A stretch of DNA of 64,000 nt. It comes from Scyliorhinus canicula. Lineage: Eukaryota. Positions 25,868-35,192 of the stretch are shown in pieces (within the stretch, counting starts at the first letter, position 1; each line of letters begins with the position of its first letter). Location of the stretch: the NCBI RefSeq assembly GCF_902713615.1, contig NC_052152.1, positions 16,221,215 through 16,285,214 on the forward strand, in the 5' to 3' direction. The notes under the pieces were generated by a model. It did no database searches and was not told the origin of the DNA. It saw only the letters and a list, made by a program, of their open reading frames with translations. A program made the position numbers and the translations under genes.

Positions 25868-26319
25868 TGATATAACCTCCATGTGCCACAGGGGCTGGTT
25901 TAGCACACTGGGCTAAATCGCTGGCTTTTAAAGCAGACCAAGCAGGCCAGCAGCACGGTTCGATTCCTGTACCAGCCTCCCCGGACAGGCGCCGGAATGT
26001 GGCGACTAGGGGCTTTTCACAGTAACTTCATTGAAGCCTACTCGTGACAATAAGCGATTTTCATTTCATTTTTTTCAGGGAAGACCCAGTTGGTCTCCCG
26101 GTGGGGCTCATGGAGTCCGAACTCTCCCACTGAGGAACGGAGGCCTCATTAGTGGGCTCATTAGTTCCCCGAGATAAAAGGCGGCCCGGGAAGGAGTCGG
26201 CATCTCAGCATGCTCCCGGCTTGGACTTGGACTGTTACTTTGTTTTTGCATTTCCGCGCATGAGTACGGAATAAACTATTTTTGACTCTCCTTTTCGAGA
26301 CTACTCATTGACTACAACA
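25868..26319 (+). mobile_element. Solo Gypsy LTR related to the 1705/5353 LTRs, interrupted by a SINE
   Basis: tctcccggtggggctcatggag..ctcccactgagg matches 5395-5435; AATAAA present; ends actacaaca. Confidence 0.75.
25891..26076 (+). mobile_element. Short tRNA-derived SINE, family C (tail gcctactcgtgacaataagcgattttcattt)
   Basis: A-box ggtttagcacactgg and B-box ggttcgattcc; further copies at 26975-27145, 27308-27402 and 62708-62893. Confidence 0.85.
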
Positions 26320-26974
26320 AACTGATGACTGTAAAATCCAGAGCTGGCCTCTCGGGCTGGAGGCAGAGGGTTCGTCCCTGATTATTCAGCCTCTGGAAAA
26401 TAAGATACAGCGGGTAATTCAATGGTGGAGAAGGAGGGAAGAGTATTACAGCATATGGAGCAGGCATGGATTAAAGGTGATGGAGTTTTAGATCACTGAA
26501 TAGCTGAACAAGCTGAACTGGCTAAATAGCCGACTCGTCCTCTCCCCATGTTCCTTTCTAATACATTCTGTCTACTTTTTCCCAGTGCTTCTGCCAGTGA
26601 GTGGTAGGGTGGATCTGGCTAGCAACCCAAAGTGGAAATCAAACACAGGAGAAGGAGAATTGCACAGCTGAATCTGATTATCACAGGAAATTAAATGTTG
26701 CCATTCTGGGAATTTTAAAAAGGAATAAATCATAAAATCACTGAATGGTTCCAGGACTGAAGGAGGCCATTCAGCCCATCATGTCAGTGCCAGCAGTTTG
26801 TAACTCCCCTCCCTGTCCCCCAAAGCCCTGAAAATCTTTTTCTTTTCAGATATTTATCCAAATCCACCATTGAATCTGGCTGCACCACGCTCTCATGCAG
26901 CATGTCCCAAATCCTAATCACCTGGCTCCTCAAAAATACCTTTTCATCACCTCGTCTTTGATTCTTTTTCTAAT

Positions 26975-27145
26975 CTGGTTTAGCACAGTGGGTTAAACAG
27001 CTGGCTTGTAATGCAGAACGAGGCCAGCAGCGTGGGTTCAATTCCCGTACCAGCCTCCCCGAACAGACGCCGGAATGTGGCAACTAGGGGCTTTTCACAG
27101 TAACTTAATTGAAACCTACTTGTGACAATAAGCGATTATTATTAA
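26975..27145 (+). mobile_element. SINE family C
   Basis: Matches 25891-26076. Confidence 0.85.
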
Positions 27146-27597
27146 TCACTTTTAATCAGAGCCCTCTGGTTATCGAACATTCTGCCAATCTAACAATTTC
27201 TTTGCATCTGTTCTGAGCAGACAGCCCATGATTTTGAACGCCTCTATCTCATCTCTTCTCATTCGCCTCTCCTATTTTTTTCAAAGAAGGACACCCCCAG
27301 GTTCTCCAAGCAGGCCCGAACAGGCGCCAGAATGTGGGGACTGGGGGCTTTTCACAGTAACTTCACTGAAGCCTACTTGTGACAATAACCGATTATTATT
27401 ATCTATCCACATGATTGAAGCCTTTCACACTTGGAACCATTCCTGTGAATATTTTCTGTGCTCTCCCTCGAATGCCATCGCGTCCTTCCAAAGGTGTGGC
27501 ACCCAGAACTGGACACAATACTCCTGTGAAGGCCAAACCAGTGTTTCAGACGCTTCAACTGTTCAATAACCAGACTGATATCCTGATGAACAACAAC

Positions 27598-27778
27598 AAT
27601 CTCTTTCTCTGCTTTGACAAAGAGTCATCCAGGCTGGAAACGTTCGCTCCCTTCTCTCTCCACGGATGCTGTCAGACCTGCTGCGATGGTGCTGCATTGT
27701 CTGCTTCTGCCTAAGTTTCCAGAGCATTTTCTGTTTTTCGCTCAAATTCCAGCACTCTCAGTAATTTGCTTTTATCTT
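27598..27778 (+). mobile_element. Penelope-type short terminal repeat, family A, with decayed hammerhead core
   Basis: tttgacaaagagtcatccaggctggaaacgtt..ctccacggatgctgtcagacctgctg; related copies at 28490, 33340, 51775 and 60100. Confidence 0.65.
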
Positions 27779-28147
27779 AAAAAACGTAGGGTCCAATCTG
27801 TGTTATTAACCATTTCCTCAACCTGTCCAGCCACCTTCAGCAACTTCACATACATTCTCCCAGATCTCTCTACCCCTGCACCCACTTTAGGATTATATCC
27901 TATATTTTACATTGACTTTGGTCAGAGGATGATGAACGGCAATCACTTCCTCTGCCGTACTTACTAATTACATCAGCCCGTCTTCAGCCTGTCAATCACT
28001 AACCTCACAGTTCCCAATACTGCCAAGTTTTCTCTGATCTTCACATTTTAAAATTATGGCCTCCACATCCCTGTCTAGGTTATTCATTTATATTATATGA
28101 AGAAAAGCAACAATTCTAATACTGACTCCTAGGGAACCCCACTATAA

Positions 28148-28352
28148 AGCGGCCATAGTCCCAGGTGACTTTGAGGGGGAGAGCTGACTGGTGGTGATTT
28201 AACCTGAGGGTCACCACAGCTCACGCGAGGGTCAAGGTTGAGAAGGCGGGGCCTTCATGAATAACTACAGCCAATACAGGGATTAAACCCATACTGTCGC
28301 CCTTACTCTGCATCACAAACCAACAGTCCAGCCAACTGAGCTAAACCGGCCC
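28148..28352 (-). mobile_element. tRNA-derived SINE, family D
   Basis: ctgagctaaaccggcc head; tggtgatttaacctgagggtcaccac core also seen at 63538-63930 (+). Confidence 0.75.
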
Positions 28353-28489
28353 TCTTACAATCCTTCATCCATTCTGAAAAATAGCTGTACATCACTACTT
28401 CTTTATTATATCCATTACCACTCTGTTTGTCTTTTCTACAATGAAATCTTTTGTCATTTAACCAGTACCCAGCCACAGGCCTTCCATTT

Positions 28490-28655
28490 TCTTCTTCCCT
28501 ACCCCACTTTTCAATAACTCAAAGCCTGATACATTTCTATATTTCTTCAGTTCTGAAGAGACATCCTTGACCTGAAATATTGATGTTGTTTCCCTCTCCA
28601 CAGATGCTGCCAAACCAGCTGAGTCCTTACTGCTTTTTCTGGTTTTTTGTTCAGT
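28490..28655 (+). mobile_element. Penelope-type family A repeat; hammerhead boxes CTGAAGA (28553) and GAAA (28574)
   Basis: cagttctgaagagacatccttgacctgaaatatt..ctccacagatgctgcc. Confidence 0.6.
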
Positions 28656-29094
28656 GGTACTGTTCACTTGTTGGAAGTCCACATACCACAGCATTTCCCT
28701 TATCAACCCTCTCTCTGTGATCTCAAAAGAAAAAACGCAGTTCAATTTAGTTAAACACAATTGGCCTTTAACACATCTGTGCTGGCTTTCCTTAATTCAT
28801 CCACATTTGTCCAAGCAGCTCATAATTTTGTCCCAAATCATCCTTTCCAAAAACTTTGCAGCATGATTATAAGCTGGCTCCCAATGAATAGCAAAGTTGT
28901 CTCCACTCCCATTATTACATCAAGTTTCTGGAAGTGATGACAAAGCCCTCAATCCACTAGGCAGGCTGTTCAGAAAGCGAGCAAGCCAATTCAGAGGACG
29001 GAAGGATGGAAGCCAATTGTAAGTTTGTTTTCCTCTTGTTATCATGCCATAGCACGATGTGTGGCCTTTCAGAAAATTTACATTGCACTGATGA

Positions 29095-29505
29095 AAAAGG
29101 AGGCATGTCAAAGCTTTTTGTCTTGCACCCATCAGGACACTTCACAAATGTATCAGTAAAAGATGGAAACAACAATTTATACTGGTTTGGAAGAAAGTAC
29201 TGATTGGTTAGCAAGTAGGCCCTGATTGGGAGAGGCCATGGAGAATGTACTAGGTGACTGACAGTTAACTGCCGAGTATTGCCTGAAATTCAAACCTGGC
29301 AGTTTGACCCTGATTGGTATGTGACTTCCAGTACATGCAAATGCACCATACTGTAAGCCTGACTGACATTCTCCAATTGGTTGCCAGCGTAATTTTTGGC
29401 ACACTGAGGGTTATTTAGCAAATGTTGTCCAATCAAGGAATCACATCTGCTGCTTGACACTGTGTTTTGAGGTTTGCAAGCACGGGCTGGTTGGGTACGG
29501 TATGT
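29095..29505 (-). mobile_element. Penelope-like element 3' end (GIY-YIG C-terminus plus 3' repeat with hammerhead relic)
   Basis: Minus strand reads CDSLIGQHLLNNPQCAKNYAGNQ..VHLHVLE; homologous to 38100-38240; cctgatgggtgcaagacaaaaagctt at 29111-29136. Confidence 0.75.
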
Positions 29506-29714
29506 ACCTTGCCCCTTGTGAAAAGCACTTGGGACATGCTGTTCGATATTACCTACCAGTCCTTGGGAAGTACGGCGTAAGACAGATCTCTCTCAGCACT
29601 GCAATATTCCCCTTAATCAATGCTATCCCTCGCCTCTTTTATTTCCTTCCTATACCTCCTGGAAACCTTGTACCTACAATATTTAGTTTGACCATAGTGC
29701 CCATTCATTTCCAT

Positions 29715-29914
29715 TTTTGAGCCAGGTCTCTGTTATTGCCACAACATCATTTCTCAAACGCCCATCTTTGTCTACAGCTCACCAACCTTATTTCTAAAAA
29801 AATTTTAAATTTAAAAAAAAATGTAAAATTTTTAAAAATAAGGTTGGTGAGCTGTCGATACAGATGGTCAGTTGAGAAATGATGTTGTGGCAGTAACAGA
29901 GACCTGGCTCAAAA
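29715..29914. repeat. Inverted repeat (arms about 90 bp) of CR1 sequence
   Basis: ttttgagccaggtctctgtta..ccttattt versus aaataagg..taacagagacctggctcaaaa. Confidence 0.92.
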
Positions 29915-30142
29915 TTAAAAAAAAAAAATTTAGAGCGCCCAATTCATTTTTTCCAATTAAGGGGCAATTTAGCGTGTTCAATCCACCTACCTTGCACATC
30001 TTTGTGTTGTGGGGGCAAAACCCACGCAAACACAGGGAGAATGTGCAAACTTCCCAGGGACAGTGACCCAGAGCCGGGATCCAACCTGGGACCTCGGCGC
30101 CGTGAGACTACAGGGCTAACCCACTGCGCCACCATGCTGCCC
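29915..30142 (-). mobile_element. HE1-type SINE (short variant)
   Basis: Same structure as 6952-7178 and 53015-53238. Confidence 0.88.
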
Positions 30143-30894
30143 TTAGCTCACCTACCTTATTGACCATACACTGTTCGTTCACACATGTGCACTGCAAATC
30201 TAACTTACATCTTAATACTTACTCTTTTGTCTGATCCCACCTCAAAAACAAAGAGAACAAAGAAAATTACAGCACAGGAACGGGCCCTTTAGCCCTCCAA
30301 GCCTGCACCAACCATGCTGCCCGTCTGAACTAAAACCGCCTACCCTTCCCGACATATCCCTCTATTCCCATCCTATTCATGCATTTGTAACACCAGGTTA
30401 AAGTCGCCTCGAGGGTCCAGAGCTTGGCGTCAAAATTGTCGCATCGCGCAAAATACATTTTTTTCCATTTTGCGCGATTCTCTGTCCGATCGCAATTCTC
30501 GGATAATTCAGCCCACGGTTTTCTTTGATATTTGCCACGTAATTATAAACTGACTCCTAAAGAATTCCTTGAAAATGCATTAATACCACAAAGCAATCAG
30601 ATGTACCCATATCAAAATACTTCTCAATCTGTTCTTGCTCCAAAGGCACCTATCAGTTGATAGCAGAGAATGAGGATATTGGCTTCATTGTGTCCACGCT
30701 CGCCAGGATGAGCTACTCCACTTCATCCCATTCCCTCGCTCCATTCCCCATTTCTCTGCCAGGTTTCCTTCTTTTCCTTTTCCCATTCCCCTTTCGGGTG
30801 TCGCTGCTGGGTCTATATGCCCTGCACCTTTAGGTTACAGATCATAACGACTCGCCGAGTGAAAAGATTTCTCCTCTGACATTTTTTTTTTTGC

Positions 30895-31085
30895 ACAGTA
30901 AGAAGTCTGACAACACCAGGTTAAAGTCCAACAGGTTTGTTTCAAACACTATCTTTTGGAGCACTTCTCCTTCCTCAGGTGAATGGAGAGGTATGTTCCA
31001 GAAACATTTATATAGACAAAGTCAGAGATGCCAGACAATGCTTGGAATGTGAGCATTTGCGGGTAATCAAATCATTACAGATCCA
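30895..31085 (-). mobile_element. Penelope-type terminal repeat, family C, with hammerhead relic
   Basis: Minus strand cacCTGAGGAaGGAGaagtgCTCCaaaagat..aaacctgttggactttaacctggtgttg. Confidence 0.7.
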
Positions 31086-31768
31086 TTACAGGGGGGGGGG
31101 GGGGGTGAATGTTTTTTTTTGCCAATTACCTCCAGTTGGCATCCTCTGAATTTTGACCCTGTAACCAATGGAAACAATTCCTTCCTACGTACGCCACCAG
31201 AAACTCTCATAGTTAGAACAAATAGGTGCCTATTGTGCTGATTTATATTGTCTGCATCAATAACATTCCCTCTCAACTGAATTCCACAATTCGATTGGTT
31301 TTTAATCTGCATTCCTTGATACTCAGTTCTTCACTTTCCTCAGTCCCCCTTTCATAACCTTTAAAGCTTTTGATCAGTTCACCACAAAGACTCCAAAGGA
31401 AAACCTGGCCAATTTCCTGAAGCTTTTCTCATAGTTTTCAATTACTATATCCCTCTGAATAAACATTTCCTGAGTAGTTTAAACATCCAAAGGACATTGC
31501 TTAAGAATTCATTTGCAGCTCCGTGGATCAATGGATTAGTGGATTAATGCACAGCACCGGCATGGTATGATAAACAAATACACCAAGAAGGCCCCACGCT
31601 CAGTATTGATTCAGTGCTGAGCTAGTCAACCCTCACTGAGGGTCAGGGAAAGGGGTAGAGCTGACATTAATGCCGCAAGCCTAAGAAGAACAGAAGTTAA
31701 CCTGACAGACTCATTGATATCAAGGGCACAAGGTAAATAGGAGGACAGTTTGCAGAATCCATGCTTTG

Positions 31769-33092
31769 TGTGACGAATGCCGGAGCGTAGATATATTGGA
31801 TTATAAACATTTGGCAATTTAAGGGTAAAAGCCTGGGTTAGAGTGTGTTTGACTGCTGTAGTCATGTTTTTGAAAAGAATCTTGTTTTGCAAGGCCAGAA
31901 AGCTTTCAGGAGCCAGGGGTGAAATTGACCATCGTAAAAACCTGGGCTAATGCACTGTTTGACTCCGGCGAGTCCCTGGAGAGTTAAATTGTTTTCAGCT
32001 TGGGTAGATGATGTCAATGTAGGGTAGTGCGAAGACATTCAGACACTTTGAGAAAGCTCTGATTAGTCTAACGCTGAGTCTATAAATCAGTGCTGCGATT
32101 CTCCGGTATCCGGCAGGCAGGCCGTACCAGCGCCAAAGAGTGGCATGAACCACTCCGTCGTCAGGCTGCCTGGAAGGTGCGGAATCCTTCACACCTTCGA
32201 GGGCTAGGCCGGCGCTGGACTGGTTGGCGCCATGCCCAGAACCTCTGGTGTGATTCCTGCACATGCACAGGGGATTTGTTCTCCGCGCCGGCCATGGGGG
32301 AACTTTACACAGGCCGGGAAAGAGTGCCCCCACGCCACAGGCCTGCCCGCAGATCGGCGGGACCCGATCGCGGGCCAGGCCACTGTGGGGACCCCCCTCG
32401 GGGCCTTATCCCCCCGCACGCCGCAGGCCACCCTCAGAGCCAGGTCCCACCGGTACGAACCTGGTCTAATCCACGCCGGCAGGACAGGCCGAAAACGGGG
32501 ACGGAGAACCGCCGGGGGGTCCATTGCCAATGGCCCCTGACCGCCGCGGCGCAATCCTCATGCCCGCCAAAAAACCAGCGCTGGAGAATTCGGCAGCCGG
32601 TGTTGGAGCGGCGGGGCGGGATTCACGCTGCCCACCGGCAATTCTCCGACCCAGCCGGGGGGGGGGGGGGGGGGGGGAGGGGAATCCTGCCTCCAGGTCT
32701 TTTGACAGTCGGATAGTTAAAAAAGAATAATAGTATTTATAGCAATGCTGACTTGTCAGAGGACAAGGGGGAAAGCTGAAGTAAACCAGTTGCAACAGCG
32801 TTTTGAAGCTATTCAGCCAGAGTCTGCAGGGGTTCTACTGGAGCCAAATCTGTTCTGGAAAGCAAGTATCACTCTGTGTCATTGGGATGTCGGATGGATT
32901 GAGAGCTGTCTGTTTTTCCTTTCTTGTTGTTTAATTGGGAATAGAGATAGTAATTAAGGGTATTATATTTACTGTATTTAGCAGTATTGTTTAAGAGGCA
33001 AGTGTAAGCTATTTTTGGGTGTGAGGTTAAAGAGAGGTTAAAAAGAGGTTAATACTGTGTTAATAATAAAGTTTTGTTTTAGATACATCACA
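31769..33092 (+). mobile_element. Solo LTR interrupted by a MITE
   Basis: Termini TGTGA...TCACA; TATAAA at about 32081; AATAAA at about 33065; no TSD seen. Confidence 0.6.
32090..32691. mobile_element. PIF/Harbinger-type MITE, CpG-rich, with G run
   Basis: Degenerate TIRs gctgcgattctcc / ggggaatcctgcc; repeated ggagaa(t)/ttctcc subterminal motifs. Confidence 0.75.
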
Positions 33093-33339
33093 ATCGAATT
33101 GAACGGTAGAACAGGTTTGGCAGATTGAAATGTTCAGCGACACGTTAGGTGAGAGGAGTTTGGAGATGAGAACGCTGTGTTGTGATGCTCGGCATTGTTA
33201 ACAAGCCTGCCAAGATTACCTGCCAAGGTGTGCCGGTAAAGAATGGCCATTTCTGTCAGGATTTTACCTGCTCCTCAGAAAGAATCAGTGCTCTCAATTA
33301 AGAGAAAGAGGTTGACGAATGCAGAGAAAGAGTTAAAAA

Positions 33340-33430
33340 AGAGAAAATACTGGACAACCTCAGACGGTCAGACAGCATCTGTGGAGAGAGAAGGGAGCCA
33401 ACATTTCAAGTCTGAATGATTCTTTGTCAA
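33340..33430 (-). mobile_element. Penelope-type family A repeat
   Basis: Reverse complement of 27613-27700. Confidence 0.65.
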
Positions 33431-33703
33431 GCAGTGAAAGAGATTGAAGATAATCAGGCAGAATTTGCCCATATTTTGGCAGCGTGTAGTGGAGAGCTGG
33501 AAAAGCCATGGTTAGCCCGGCGATGTCTATGGCAGGCTTTTCCTCCGTATCTTGAGGGACTTCAAAAAGACAATTCTCCACAGGTTTCATGCCGCCTCCA
33601 TGGTGGGCAACCTCTGCTTTCCCCACCCTGATTTAAGTGGGGCACTTCAGCTAAAGGCCCCCCCTGTGCTCCTAAGCCACTTGTGCAAGATCGAACACAG
33701 AGG

Positions 33704-33880
33704 ATGGCAGTGAAAGAGTCCATCCTTCAATTCTCAGAGGCCTCCCTCACCAGACTGTTGGAGGCTGTGGAGAAATGACGTGGTGCCCTCTACCCACGCA
33801 AAGGGAGGAGATCCTCAAGCAAGGTCACCAACCCCTCATGGGGGGCGGTGGTAGCACTGGTAAGTACCAGCTCCTTACAG
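33704..33880 (+). pseudogene. Harbinger Myb/SANT-like gene 5' remnant
   Basis: MAVKESILQFSEASLTRLLEAVEK*RGALYP..W; parallels 39103 MAARRPAP..LTRILDA. Confidence 0.7.
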
Positions 33881-33884
33881 AGTG

Positions 33885-34500
33885 CATAGGGCGGAAAGTT
33901 TCCAGATGTGCACCATGCAATGCCTTCAAGCCGCATCAAGCTAAAGTACCGTTGCATTTACATGAGGTCCTGGACCGCCCTTGGTTGCTCATAGCAGCCA
34001 ACATCTTCAAATGGAATGGGGACAACATTTAATCTCAGATGATTCATATTCCAGGTGTTTTGAACTAGACTACCTGCTAAACATGAGAGACAAAGTCATC
34101 ATCAAATGCCACCCACGACATCCCTCAGAGATTCATGACTGACAAAGCTCACCAATTTGTCTGCACTAAATTTGAAGCTTTGCACACACATGGGACTTTG
34201 AGCATATCATGGGCAGCCACTGGTACCCATAGTCAAACAGTCTTTCCGAATGGATAGTTTGCTTCCTCTCGAGAAATGTGCACGCGATTGCACAAATAAC
34301 TACGCTGCACTCCTCAGCTTGCAGCATCTAACACGATGGGGCGGCACAACGACCCTTTTCCAGGCACACCGCGATCACAATTCCTACTGCTAAGTCTCTG
34401 CTGCAGCCCAAACGTGAAACCAACGAGAACGATGTCCTCGTGCAGGATATTCCTATCCCCGAGGAGTCAGCCCTATAGCCGCAGTGGTCTCTCAAAAACG
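33885..34500 (+). pseudogene. Gypsy integrase fragment
   Basis: CAPCNAFKPHQAKVPLHLHEVLDRPW (zinc-finger end into core), then DSYS and a YP*SN..E-like motif. Confidence 0.7.
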
Positions 34501-34976
34501 CAGGGGATCTGAGATCAGCTCAGGATGTAGAAATTGTGAAAGCTCCCCAGGAACCGAGCGCACACCTGGAGGATGCACTTTGCGTGGTCGCATACGAGCT
34601 GAATATTTAAGGAATGGAAGCTGCTGTGGTTGAACCGTACCTCTTGATGCCATGGGGATCGGAGAGCCATGTGAGTGCTACTTTGCACTTGTTGAATGTC
34701 TGCAATTTGAGCGGATGCCATGACTCTTGCGTCCTGGCTAGTCTGAACCCAGTTGAAGTTATTGTAGAGGTAAGCCTTTGCGAAGAGTGCGACCTTCACA
34801 TCCTTGATGCATTTTTGAGCTGACGCTTGTGAGATAGCGCAAAGGTCATGCACCTGGAAGGAGCCAGATGTGTAAAGGTTGAGGGTGGCTGTGACTTTTG
34901 AAGCCACAGGAACTGGATGTCCTCCAAGTCCAAGCAGTACCAACTTCTGCAGAGGGTGACACAAGTGAGACACTTT

Positions 34977-35146
34977 GGGCGGGATTCTCCACTGGTGGGA
35001 TTCTCCGTTTTGCCAGCGCCCAGGGGTTTCCCGAAGGCATGTGGCTGCCCCACAATGGGAAACCCCATTGACCGAACGGCATGACGGAAAATCCTGTGGG
35101 CAGATCAGGGCAGAAATGTGGCGCGGTGGGGCGGAGAATCCAACCC
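34977..35146. mobile_element. 170 bp Harbinger MITE (unexpanded relative of 58149-58788)
   Basis: TIRs gggcgggattctcc / ggagaatccaaccc; 3 bp TSD ttt/ctt. Confidence 0.88.
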
Positions 35147-35192
35147 CTTGTCCCTGGGCAGGTGAAGCCTTCACAGGTACTGTGAAGGCATT

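Larger units (their letters stand above)
27780..28862 (-). mobile_element. Old CR1 LINE fragments with nested SINE and Penelope-type repeat
   Basis: ORF 28458-28760 begins MCLTKL..WYVDFQ (CR1 RT SCLTNL..YLDFQ). Confidence 0.6.

Noticed and set aside
25891-25975. tRNA genes (also the heads at 46989, 50517, 57625 and elsewhere)
   Set aside because: A/B boxes continue into SINE bodies and tails, with no proper cloverleaf or Pol III terminator.
30443-30480. Hairpin atcgcgcaaaat..attttgcgcgat as a terminator or miRNA
   Set aside because: A 12 bp stem in the subterminal region of a MITE fragment ending gataattcagccc; too short for a pre-miRNA.
32090-32795. CpG island with overlapping 100-208 aa ORFs
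   Set aside because: Bounded by MITE TIRs inside an LTR; the ORFs reflect high GC content.
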